From: Clostridia bacterium
Lineage (GTDB): Bacteria; Bacillota; Clostridia; Christensenellales; QALW01
DNA: 64,000 bases
Reading direction: 5' to 3'
Assembly (NCBI GenBank): GCA_045591115.1
Contig: JAZNSH010000006.1
Coordinates: 27,874-91,873 of the forward strand
Shown: in pieces, positions 17,572-26,641 of the stretch
Position numbering within the stretch: position 1 is the stretch's first letter
How the letters are laid out: every line of letters begins with the position of its first letter
Notes under the pieces: generated by a model
The model's database searches: none
What the model was told of the DNA's origin: nothing
The model's input: only the letters and a program-made list of their open reading frames with translations
Program-made: the position numbers and the translations under genes

Positions 17572-20500
17572 ATGTACAAAAAGGTTGATACCGGTCTTAA
17601 TTTTGTAGACAGGGAAAAAGAAATTCTTTCTTACTGGAAAGAAAACGAAATTTTTGAGCGCAGTACAAAAAAGAACGAGGGTAATTCTGAATTCACTTTC
17701 TATGACGGTCCCCCTACCGCTAACGGTAAGCCCCACATAGGTCATATTCTTACCCGCGTTATAAAGGATATTATTCCACGTTACCGCACTATGAAGGGCT
17801 ATCACGTTCTTCGTAAGGCAGGTTGGGATACACACGGTCTTCCCGTTGAATTAGAGGTTGAAAAACAGCTTGGTATTTCAGGCAAGCCTCAAATCGAGGA
17901 TTACGGCATTGAACCCTTTATTGAAAAATGCAAGGAAAGCGTTTGGAAATATCAGGGTGAATGGGAAAAGATGAGCGATCGTGTTGGTTATTGGGTTGAT
18001 ATGGAGCATCCTTACGTTACCTATCACGATGATTATATTGAAAGTGAATGGTGGGCACTTAAGACCATTTCCGAAAAAGATCTTTTATATAAGGGGCACA
18101 AAGTTGTTCCCTATTGCCCCCGTTGCGGTACTGCACTTTCTTCACACGAAGTTGCTCAGGGTTATAAAGACGTTAAGGAAACCAGCGTTTTCGTTGCTTT
18201 CAAGGTAAAGGGAGAAGATAACACTTATCTTCTCGCCTGGACAACTACCCCCTGGACACTTCCTTCAAACGTTGCACTTTGCGTAAACGCAAAAGAAGAT
18301 TACGTATACGTTGATTTTGACGGCAAAACCTATATCTGTGCAAAGGCACTTATTGAAAGCGCTTTAGGCGAAGGCGCAGTAATTAAAAAAGAGCTTAAGG
18401 GTGTAGACCTCTGCGGTATGGACTATGAGCCTTTATTTGATTTTGCCAAAACAAACAAACGTGCTTGGTACGTTGTTGCTGATGACTACGTTACTCTTGA
18501 TGCAGGTTCAGGTATCGTTCATATTGCTCCCGCTTTTGGTGAAGATGATGCTCGTGTAGGCAGAGAAAATGATCTCCCCTTCGTTCAGCTTATAAATGCA
18601 CAGGGTTGCTTTGTTGAAGAAGCAACACCTTATGCAGGTATGTTTATAAAAGATGCCGATAAAGTTATTATTAAGGATCTTGAAGAAGCAGGAAAGCTTG
18701 TTCGCGCAGTTGAGTTTACGCACAGTTATCCCTTCTGCTGGAGATGTGATACTCCCCTTATTTACTATGCAAGAAGCACTTGGTTTATTAAAATGACTGC
18801 CGTTAAAGAGCAGCTTATTAAGAATAACCGTTCAGTTAACTGGATTCCCGAAAGTATTAAGGACGGTCGAATGGGCAACTTCCTTGAAAACGTTATTGAC
18901 TGGGGTCTTTCTCGTGAGCGTTATTGGGGTACTCCCCTCCCCGTTTGGGAATGTGAATGTGGTCATTTCCATACTGTAGGCTCAAGAAAAGAGCTCGCAG
19001 AGCTTACAGGTTGTGATGAAAACATTGAGCTTCATAAGCCGTTCCTTGATCCCCTCACTATTAAGTGTCCTAAGTGCGGCAAGGATATGCATCGCGCACC
19101 TGAGGTTATTGACTGCTGGTTTGATTCAGGCTCAATGCCCTTTGCACAGCTCCACTACCCCTTTGAAAACAAGGAGCTCTTTGAAAAGTTATTCCCTGCT
19201 GATTTCATCAGTGAAGCTATTGACCAGACAAGAGGTTGGTTCTACACACTTCTTGCTATTTCAACACTTCTTTTTGATAAAGCGCCTTTTAAAAACTGCA
19301 TCGTTCTCGGTCACGTAAACGATAAAGACGGTATTAAGATGAGTAAGCACAAGGGCAACGTTGTTGATCCCTGGAGCATTCTTGATAAGCAGGGTTCTGA
19401 CGCAGTTCGTTGGTATTTCTATACCGGCTCATCTCCCTGGTTACCTTCACGCTTCTATGGTGAAGCAGTTTCCGAGGCTCAGAGAAAATATATGGGTACT
19501 TTGTGGAACACTTATGCTTTCTACGTAATGTACGCTAACATTGATAAATTCAATCCTACAGAATATAAGCTTGAATATGATAAGCTTTCAGTAATGGATA
19601 AGTGGATCCTTTCTAAGCTGCAGAGCCTTATCAAGTACGTTGACGAGGGTCTTGAAAACTATCGCATTACCGAAACCGCTCGCGCAATGAACGATTTTGT
19701 TGATGAGCTTTCAAACTGGTATATCCGCCGTGGCAGAGAGCGTTATTGGGGCAAGGATATGACTCAGGATAAGATCAATGCTTATATGACTCTCTACACC
19801 GTTCTTGAAACTCTTACAAAGCTCACCGCTCCCTATACTCCATTCGTTGCAGAAGAAATTTATCGCAACATCGTTTGCTCTGTTGATGCTTCCGCATCTG
19901 AAAGCGTTCACCTTTGTGATTTCCCCGTTGCAAACGAAGCTTGGATCGATTCTGAGCTTGAAGAAAATATGGCTTGGCTCTTAAAGGCAGTTGCTTTAGG
20001 CCGTGCTTGCAGAAACGATGCTAACATCAAGAACCGTCAGCCCTTACAGACGCTTTTCATCAGTGGTTCTAAGGTTCTTCCCGAAATGTTCTGCAAGGAA
20101 ATCGAAGATGAGCTTAACGTTAAGGAAGTTAAGTTTACCGATGACTCTTCTGACTTCATTACTTATACCTTCAAGCCTCAGTTAAGAACAGTTGGTCCTA
20201 AGTACGGCAAGCTTGTTGGTCTTATCGGCAAAGAGCTTGCAAATGCAAACGGCTCCGAGCTTTATAAGGAACTTAATGCAAACGGTTCAATTAAGTTTGA
20301 TATAAACGGCAACGAAGTTATTCTTACTGCTGATGATCTGTTAATTACGCCTGCAAATAAATCAGGCTTTACTGCTCAGAGTGATTCCGAGATCACCGTT
20401 GTTCTTGACAACAATCTTACCGATGAGCTTATCCGTGAAGGCTATATGCGTGAGCTTGTTTCAAAAATTCAGACAATGCGTAAGGAAACCGGTTTTGAGG

Positions 20501-20685
20501 TTATTGATCATATTAAGCTTGTTATCACTTGTGACGGTGTGATTGCTGATGTTGTTAATGCTTACGCTTCCGATATTTCAAGCGATTGCCTTGCTGATTC
20601 AGTTGAAGTTGGTGAACCTTTAGAAAACAATAAGGAATGGGATATCAACGATAAAAAGTGCATTATCTCAATGGAAAAAATCTAA
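17572..20685 (+). CDS. ileS: Isoleucine--tRNA ligase, type 2
   Basis: YDGPP, HIGH, GWDTHGLPVE, WTTTPWT, DQTRGWF, KMSKH; long type-2 C-terminus. Confidence 0.98.
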   Translation: MYKKVDTGLNFVDREKEILSYWKENEIFERSTKKNEGNSEFTFYDGPPTANGKPHIGHILTRVIKDIIPRYRTMKGYHVLRKAGWDTHGLPVELEVEKQLGISGKPQIEDYGIEPFIEKCKESVWKYQGEWEKMSDRVGYWVDMEHPYVTYHDDYIESEWWALKTISEKDLLYKGHKVVPYCPRCGTALSSHEVAQGYKDVKETSVFVAFKVKGEDNTYLLAWTTTPWTLPSNVALCVNAKEDYVYVDFDGKTYICAKALIESALGEGAVIKKELKGVDLCGMDYEPLFDFAKTNKRAWYVVADDYVTLDAGSGIVHIAPAFGEDDARVGRENDLPFVQLINAQGCFVEEATPYAGMFIKDADKVIIKDLEEAGKLVRAVEFTHSYPFCWRCDTPLIYYARSTWFIKMTAVKEQLIKNNRSVNWIPESIKDGRMGNFLENVIDWGLSRERYWGTPLPVWECECGHFHTVGSRKELAELTGCDENIELHKPFLDPLTIKCPKCGKDMHRAPEVIDCWFDSGSMPFAQLHYPFENKELFEKLFPADFISEAIDQTRGWFYTLLAISTLLFDKAPFKNCIVLGHVNDKDGIKMSKHKGNVVDPWSILDKQGSDAVRWYFYTGSSPWLPSRFYGEAVSEAQRKYMGTLWNTYAFYVMYANIDKFNPTEYKLEYDKLSVMDKWILSKLQSLIKYVDEGLENYRITETARAMNDFVDELSNWYIRRGRERYWGKDMTQDKINAYMTLYTVLETLTKLTAPYTPFVAEEIYRNIVCSVDASASESVHLCDFPVANEAWIDSELEENMAWLLKAVALGRACRNDANIKNRQPLQTLFISGSKVLPEMFCKEIEDELNVKEVKFTDDSSDFITYTFKPQLRTVGPKYGKLVGLIGKELANANGSELYKELNANGSIKFDINGNEVILTADDLLITPANKSGFTAQSDSEITVVLDNNLTDELIREGYMRELVSKIQTMRKETGFEVIDHIKLVITCDGVIADVVNAYASDISSDCLADSVEVGEPLENNKEWDINDKKCIISMEKI

Positions 20686-21545
20686 TGTTTGTTACAGATA
20701 GCTGGAAAGATTATGAGCTTATAGACACCGGTGACGGTATGAAATTGGAGCGATGGAAGGATATTATCCTTCTTCGCCCCGATCCTCAAGTTATTTGGCC
20801 ATATTCAAAAGAGCCCAACAAGAAGAACATTCACGCTATTTATAAACGCTCCTCTTCAGGCGGCGGAAATTGGGAATTTTTAAAGAAGGTTCCCGAAAAA
20901 TGGAATATAAAATGGCGCGATCTTACCTTTACGGTAAGACCTATGGGCTTTAAGCACACAGGACTCTTCCCTGAGCAGGCCGTTAACTGGGACTGGATGC
21001 GTGAGCTTATAAAAAAAGAGGACAGACAAATTAACGTGCTGAATCTTTTTGGTTATACGGGCGGTGCAACCGTTGCCTGCGCTTCAGCTGGTGCGAAAGT
21101 ATGTCACGTTGATGCCGCTAAAAATATGGTTCAGATAGGAAAAGAAAATCTTCAGGCAAGCGGACTTGAAAATGCACCCGTAAGATGGATCGTTGACGAT
21201 TGCCTTAAATTTGTTCAGCGTGAGATCCGCCGAGGTAATAAGTATGACGGAATAATTCTTGATCCGCCAAGCTACGGCAGAGGCCCCGGAGGAGAGCTTT
21301 GGCACCTTGAAGAGATGCTCTATCCTTTTATGGAAAATCTTGTAGAAATTCTTTCGGACGAGCCATTATTCCTTTTATTAAACAGTTATACAACGGGTTT
21401 GCAGCCTTTGGTACTGAAAAACGTTATCCAAAAGACAGTATGCAAAAAATTTGGAGGAACAGTTACGGCTGAAGAAGTTGGCTTAAAAGCAACTTCTGAT
21501 AATATTATTCTTCCTTGTGGTGCATCAGGCAGATGGGAAAGGTAA
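20685..21545 (+). CDS. Class I SAM-dependent methyltransferase (RlmI/RlmK-like)
   Basis: HTGLFPEQ, VLNLFGYTGG, ILDPPSYG; TAATG overlap with ileS. Confidence 0.88.
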   Translation: MFVTDSWKDYELIDTGDGMKLERWKDIILLRPDPQVIWPYSKEPNKKNIHAIYKRSSSGGGNWEFLKKVPEKWNIKWRDLTFTVRPMGFKHTGLFPEQAVNWDWMRELIKKEDRQINVLNLFGYTGGATVACASAGAKVCHVDAAKNMVQIGKENLQASGLENAPVRWIVDDCLKFVQREIRRGNKYDGIILDPPSYGRGPGGELWHLEEMLYPFMENLVEILSDEPLFLLLNSYTTGLQPLVLKNVIQKTVCKKFGGTVTAEEVGLKATSDNIILPCGASGRWER

Positions 21546-22246
21546 AAAAACTAATGTTTGAGATTTTATATGAAGATAATCACATAATTGTTGCTGAAAA
21601 GCCGCAAAACACCATTATTGCAGGCGATAGTACCGGAGATAAATCAATGCTTGATTCCTTAAAGGAATACGTTAAAGAAAAGTATAATAAGCCCGGCGAA
21701 GCCTATTTGGGTCTTGTTCACAGACTTGATCGCCCTGCAGGAGGATTGGCTGTTTTTGCGAGAACCTCAAAGGCTGCTTCAAGGCTTGCCGATCAATTAA
21801 AGGAAAATGAGCTTAAACGCACCTATTACTGCGTTGTTCGCGGTGAGCCCAGAGTTTCAGCCAACAGACTTATTGACTATTTAAAGAAAAACGAAGCCAC
21901 AAATACTGTTGAGGTCGTTCCCCAATCAGTTGAAGGTGCAAAGAAAGCTATTCTTAATTACAAGCTTTTGCAAAAGATCGAAACTAAAGAAGGTATTTTA
22001 TCACTTCTTCAGGTTCAGCTTGAAACGGGACGATCTCATCAAATCCGTGTTCAGATGGCTAATATGGGCTGCCCCTTGTGGGGAGACCAACGTTACGGCT
22101 TTAAAGTGAATAAAAAAGGACAGCAATTAGCACTTTATTCCGTTAAGCTTCGCCTTATCCATCCCACAAAGAAGGATTCAATGCAGTTTATCTGTTATCC
22201 TCCAAATATTGCCCCCTGGACCGCTTTTAAACTCAATATTGAATAG
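21533..22246 (+). CDS. RluA family pseudouridine synthase
   Basis: HRLDRP, TGRSHQIR, GDQRYG. Confidence 0.92.
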   Translation: MGKVKKLMFEILYEDNHIIVAEKPQNTIIAGDSTGDKSMLDSLKEYVKEKYNKPGEAYLGLVHRLDRPAGGLAVFARTSKAASRLADQLKENELKRTYYCVVRGEPRVSANRLIDYLKKNEATNTVEVVPQSVEGAKKAILNYKLLQKIETKEGILSLLQVQLETGRSHQIRVQMANMGCPLWGDQRYGFKVNKKGQQLALYSVKLRLIHPTKKDSMQFICYPPNIAPWTAFKLNIE

Positions 22247-22478
22247 CAGAATGGAAACATTCTGCTCAGTCTGCTGACAAAGTCAGCAGACTGCCTGAGT
22301 TCGAGAAACCCTTGCAAGCCAAGGCGCGATGTTCTAAACGCGAGGGCGCTTACACAGACGTAAGCAACTGAGTGTTTATGGTTATCGCAACAATGGAAAT
22401 AGCACCCTGCAAAAATTTTGTAGGGTGCTATTTTGTAAGGGTTTGTCAGTGCTCTGAGCAGAATGAAAACATTCTGCT
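22245..22478. mobile_element. 190-bp MITE-like element (22267-22456) flanked by 22-bp palindromic direct repeats
   Basis: AGCAGAATG(G/A)AAACATTCTGCT at 22245-22266 and 22457-22478; imperfect TIRs CAGTCTGCTGACAAA / TTTGTCAGTGCTCTG; several internal hairpins; no ORF. Confidence 0.75.
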
Positions 22479-22484
22479 TTTATG

Positions 22485-22514
22485 TTGACATTTCTGTATG
22501 TAATAGGTTATAAT
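22485..22514 (+). promoter_or_regulatory. sigma-A promoter of PqqD-rmlA-kinase operon
   Basis: TTGACA-18-TATAAT. Confidence 0.65.
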
Positions 22515-22545
22515 AAATATATATTATAACTTAAAGGAGAAAAAC

Positions 22546-22806
22546 GTGAAGATAAAAGATAGCTTTGTATTGCGAAATATCGCAGGTATTAACACCGTTA
22601 TCTCTGCTGATCCCGCTTCAGGGTTTGATGGAATGATCACTCTTAATGAAACCGGCGTTTTTATGTGGAATATTTTAAAAAACGGTGCTACTGTTGATGA
22701 GCTTATTGATGCGGTTGTTTCTGAATATGAAATTGATAAGGAAACCGCAACGACTGACAGCAACGAATTTATAAGCAAATTACAATCAATTAACGTATTT
22801 GAATAG
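22546..22806 (+). CDS. PqqD family / RiPP recognition element protein
   Basis: [31 protein letters not shown]...D..EFISKL; AAGGAG RBS with GTG start. Confidence 0.9.
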   Translation: MKIKDSFVLRNIAGINTVISADPASGFDGMITLNETGVFMWNILKNGATVDELIDAVVSEYEIDKETATTDSNEFISKLQSINVFE

Positions 22807-22820
22807 TTTTGGAGGATACA

Positions 22821-23711
22821 ATGAGCAAAAAAACAAAAGGTATAATTTTAGCGGGCGGAAAAGGCACTCGTCTTTATCCTATGACAAAGGTAATTTCTAA
22901 ACAGCTTTTGCCTATCTACGATAAGCCCCTTATTTACTATCCCCTTTCGATCCTTTTACTTGCAGGTATCAATGAGGTGCTTATTATCTCAACACCTGAT
23001 GATACGCCCCTTTACAAACGCCTTTTAGGCGATGGATCTCGTTTGGGCATTTCTATATCATATGCCGTTCAAGATCAGCCAAGAGGCCTTGCTGATGCCT
23101 TTATAATCGGTGAAGAATTTATCGGTGAGGATAACGTTTGCCTTATCTTAGGCGATAATGTATTCTACGGTCAAAATTTCTCGCAACTTCTTTTCCGCGC
23201 AAAGGATCTTCAGAGCGGTGCTACAATTTTTGGCTACCCCGTTTCTGACCCCAGGGCCTTCGGTGTTGTTGAATTTGATGAGAATAACAAGGTTCTCTCC
23301 ATTGAGGAAAAACCGGAAAATCCCAAGAGCAACTATGCAGTTCCGGGTTTATATTTTTATGATAACAACGTTGTTGAAATTGCAAAAAACGTTAAACCCT
23401 CAGCGCGTGGTGAAATTGAGATTACTTCAGTAAACAATGCATACCGCGAAAAGGGTGAGCTTAACGTTATTCTTATGGGTCGCGGTATGGCTTGGCTTGA
23501 CACCGGTACACCTGAAGGAATGCTTACCGCTTCAAATTATGTGCACGCTATACAGTCACTGCAAGGATTCTATATTTCCTGTATTGAAGAAATCGCTTGG
23601 CGCAGAGGCTTTATTACCACTGAACAGCTTTATGAGTTAGGCAAAGAAACACAAACAACAGATTACGGTAAATATATTATGGATCTTGCAGAGAGGAATT
23701 CAAAATTCTAA
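22821..23711 (+). CDS. rfbA: Glucose-1-phosphate thymidylyltransferase
   Basis: [41 protein letters not shown]. Confidence 0.97.
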   Translation: MSKKTKGIILAGGKGTRLYPMTKVISKQLLPIYDKPLIYYPLSILLLAGINEVLIISTPDDTPLYKRLLGDGSRLGISISYAVQDQPRGLADAFIIGEEFIGEDNVCLILGDNVFYGQNFSQLLFRAKDLQSGATIFGYPVSDPRAFGVVEFDENNKVLSIEEKPENPKSNYAVPGLYFYDNNVVEIAKNVKPSARGEIEITSVNNAYREKGELNVILMGRGMAWLDTGTPEGMLTASNYVHAIQSLQGFYISCIEEIAWRRGFITTEQLYELGKETQTTDYGKYIMDLAERNSKF

Positions 23712-24410
23712 ATGAATACATATTCTATTGCCGATCTTACAGTTAATATGGAGGCAAAGGGAAAGACGGTTGCTCAAGCAGAAAAATATCTGATACCACC
23801 TCTTGATAATACGGATATTACGCTTACTTATAATCCTGAAGGATGCGCCCGTGTTTTGGCACAGCATCCTGAAATTCCCGAAGAAAGCTATATTTATATG
23901 CTTTTAGGTAAAAGATTTGCTGAGTCACTGCTTGATTTTGACGGTTTTATTCTTCACTCATCTGCAGTCGCTTATAAAAACAAGGCTTATCTCTTTTCTG
24001 CTGATTCAGGGGTTGGTAAATCAACACACACCAATTTATGGAAGCAATGCTTTAGCGGTGCAGAAGTTATAAATGATGACAAGCCTGCTTTAAGATTGAT
24101 CGATGACGTTTTTTATGCTTACGGCACGCCATTTAGCGGATCAACTCCAATTAACCTTAATGTTAGAGTTCCCTTAAAAGCTATTTGCTTTATTGAGCGT
24201 GCTGAAAAAAATTATATTGAACGTATCACTAACAATGCGGAAATAATAAAACTCATCTTTCCGCAAACACTCCGTCAGGTAGGAAGTGAAAAGGCAGAAA
24301 AATTGCTTACCATTATAGGCAAGCTCGTTGAAAAAATTCCTTTTTATAAGCTTCATTGCCTACCAAATGAGGATGCGGCAAAATTAGCATATGAAGTGAT
24401 GTCAAAATAG
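23712..24410 (+). CDS. HPr-kinase-related P-loop kinase (ScmC/lasso-kinase-like)
   Basis: LHSSAV, SADSGVGKSTH, INDDKP, YGTPFSG. Confidence 0.82.
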   Translation: MNTYSIADLTVNMEAKGKTVAQAEKYLIPPLDNTDITLTYNPEGCARVLAQHPEIPEESYIYMLLGKRFAESLLDFDGFILHSSAVAYKNKAYLFSADSGVGKSTHTNLWKQCFSGAEVINDDKPALRLIDDVFYAYGTPFSGSTPINLNVRVPLKAICFIERAEKNYIERITNNAEIIKLIFPQTLRQVGSEKAEKLLTIIGKLVEKIPFYKLHCLPNEDAAKLAYEVMSK

Positions 24411-24435
24411 ATACCCTATTGGGTATCTTTTTTTT
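24409..24435 (+). terminator. Intrinsic terminator
   Basis: AGATACCC-TATT-GGGTATCT-TTTTTTT. Confidence 0.8.
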
Positions 24436-24500
24436 AACCAAAATTAGGTATTTTGAATAAAATATATAAAAGGTGTTAAAAATCCATCTGAGGTGATATT

Positions 24501-24659
24501 ATGAAATGCTGTATTTGCGGTGAAGAAAAAAAGGAAAATCTTAAAATTTTAGGCAAAGCCATATGCGAAGATTGCGAATGGAAAATACTTACTCAACGAC
24601 CACATACTTCGGGATATAACAAATGTATTTCTAAATTAAAAAACATCCTATCAACGTAA
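24501..24659 (+). CDS. csfB: Sigma-G inhibitor Gin/CsfB-like zinc-binding protein (52 aa), absent from ORF track
   Basis: GAGGTG RBS; MKCCICGEEKKENLKILGKAICEDCEWKIL...YNKCISKLKNI with two CxxC pairs. Confidence 0.78.
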   Translation: MKCCICGEEKKENLKILGKAICEDCEWKILTQRPHTSGYNKCISKLKNILST

Positions 24660-24686
24660 AAAAGCCGGGCAAATTGCCCGGCTTAA
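24658..24686. terminator. Bidirectional terminator between convergent genes
   Basis: AAGCCGGGCAA-A-TTGCCCGGCTT inverted repeat. Confidence 0.8.
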
Positions 24687-24700
24687 ATTATATTAGCCTA

Positions 24701-25738
24701 TTAGCCAACCATACCTGAACGTTCAATACTCTGTACGAAAAATCTCTGACAGAAGCAATAGATAACGATGATAGGTGCTATATGCATTATTGTACAAGCT
24801 GCCTGATACAAGGAGTTCAGAACAGCATCACCGCTGGTCTTGAATGCAAGCTCAACGTAACGTGCGCCTTCACCAATTATGTCGGTGGACATAACCTCCG
24901 CACTGGGATTGAGATATGATATATAATTTATATCATTATATTGCCATACGAATGCGAACAGGAAAACTGTTACAAGCATCGGCAAAGCACTGGGAAGCAT
25001 AACCTGAACGAAGGTTCTGAAGGGACCTGCGCCGTCAATATATGCGGCTTCTTCAAGCTCCTTGGGCTGGTTAACAAAGTACTGACGAAGAAGGAATATA
25101 AACAATCCGTTTCGGTACATTGTTGCCGTTGCCGAAAGAAGTCCGATAGCCGTCCAACCGCGGGTAAGGTCAATGTTGGGAATAGTCTTAAGCTGATCAC
25201 CAAATGAGAACATATACAAGGGGTTAAAGGCCTTATATCTGAACAACATAGCTTCGGTAAGCATCTGAACAGGAACCATAAGTGTAAAGATGCAAAGAAG
25301 GAAGATAATATTGTTGCCCTTAAATTTGAATCTTGCAAGACCGTATGCAACCAACATACATGAACACATCTGCAAAATAGCAAAAGCAAATGATGTGGTA
25401 AATGAGCTTAAATACAGCTTGGGAATTTCAGCATGTTCCCACATAGCAATATATGTATCCACGTTAATTGACGTAGGAATCATAATAACGGTAGGATCAT
25501 AAACGTCAGCTTTGGACATAAATGATGTGATAAGCGTCATAAGAATGGGATAAACAACGAGGTAACAAATACCAACAAGAAGAACCGTTCTTATAAGTGC
25601 CCAAACAAAGTTAAATGTACGTTTACCAAAGATAACTCGCTTAAACTTCTGCCAAGGTGTAAGTGTAGGGATGACGAAATTATCAACTTCTTCCGCGCCT
25701 ACTTCATTAGTAAGTTTGATTTTATCAAGTTTTTCCAT
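24701..25738 (-). CDS. Carbohydrate ABC permease (MalG-like)
   Basis: ELEEAAYIDGA EAA motif, AYGLARF, QRFFVQSI. Confidence 0.92.
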   Translation of the reverse strand: MEKLDKIKLTNEVGAEEVDNFVIPTLTPWQKFKRVIFGKRTFNFVWALIRTVLLVGICYLVVYPILMTLITSFMSKADVYDPTVIMIPTSINVDTYIAMWEHAEIPKLYLSSFTTSFAFAILQMCSCMLVAYGLARFKFKGNNIIFLLCIFTLMVPVQMLTEAMLFRYKAFNPLYMFSFGDQLKTIPNIDLTRGWTAIGLLSATATMYRNGLFIFLLRQYFVNQPKELEEAAYIDGAGPFRTFVQVMLPSALPMLVTVFLFAFVWQYNDINYISYLNPSAEVMSTDIIGEGARYVELAFKTSGDAVLNSLYQAACTIMHIAPIIVIYCFCQRFFVQSIERSGMVG

Positions 25739-25750
25739 CTCTACACCTCC

Positions 25751-26641
25751 TTAGTTTTCATAATAAACTAACCTTGAAATAATTCCTGCAACTGCAGCAA
25801 TAATTATGGTTGTCATTAAGAAGTACATCCAGCCCATAGCCATAAAGTCATATCGCTTAACAACAGCATCTGATGCAATATAGCTTAATACGGCGCTTGA
25901 ATTGGTGCAAAGATTTTCAATCATAATGTAAACAGTATTAACAAGGATCATAGGGCTTATCATCGGGAAGGTTATCTTCCAGAAGTTTTCCCAACCAGTT
26001 GCGCCTTCTACCTTTGAAGATTCAAAGATCGAGGGTGATATGGTTTGAAGACCTGCAAGGAATATCAATGTGGGAACACCGGCGCCATTGATAATTGAAC
26101 TAAGTTTATCAAAGGCAGTTCCTATAAATTCACCAAAGGATCCTCCGATAGAATCCTGAATGTTTCCTGCAATATTCATTGCCTGAGATCCAACGGCATC
26201 CATCTGTGTTGTATCAACACCGGTACCACCGGCAAGCATTGATGCTGCAACACCAGCCGAAGTAATAACCGGCATAAAAAGTATTGCACGGGCAAAAGTT
26301 CTTCCACGGAAATTCTGGTTAAGAATATTTGCCATAAGGAAACTGAAGATAAGAACGCAAGGAACTGTAATGATCATATTTGCACCTGTATCAAGAAGTG
26401 CGCTTATGTAGTCACCTTGTGTTTTATAGGCATCAATATATGCCTGGAATCCATAAGGTTCGATGTTGATAACGTTTGTTACCGGGTTAAATACCTGCTC
26501 GTTAAATGACAAAACAAGTGCGGTATAAAGAGGTGAAATAACGAAGAATACAAATCCCAAAATAAAGGGAAGAACGAAGAGCCATCCTGACAAGGAACGC
26601 TTTGTCATCAAGCCTAATTTATAGCTTCTCGGTTTTTTCAT
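25751..26641 (-). CDS. Carbohydrate ABC permease (MalF-like)
   Basis: FLAGLQTISPSIFESSKVEGATGWENFWKITFP. Confidence 0.92.
   Translation of the reverse strand: MKKPRSYKLGLMTKRSLSGWLFVLPFILGFVFFVISPLYTALVLSFNEQVFNPVTNVINIEPYGFQAYIDAYKTQGDYISALLDTGANMIITVPCVLIFSFLMANILNQNFRGRTFARAILFMPVITSAGVAASMLAGGTGVDTTQMDAVGSQAMNIAGNIQDSIGGSFGEFIGTAFDKLSSIINGAGVPTLIFLAGLQTISPSIFESSKVEGATGWENFWKITFPMISPMILVNTVYIMIENLCTNSSAVLSYIASDAVVKRYDFMAMGWMYFLMTTIIIAAVAGIISRLVYYEN

Noticed and set aside
22267-22456. Riboswitch for the PqqD operon
   Set aside because: It lies upstream of the operon's promoter and has TIRs and a flanking duplication; no known aptamer core recognised
24501-24659. Cys-rich small ORF as the RiPP precursor for the PqqD protein
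   Set aside because: Paired CxxC spacing fits Gin/CsfB, there is no leader-like region, and a terminator separates it from the operon
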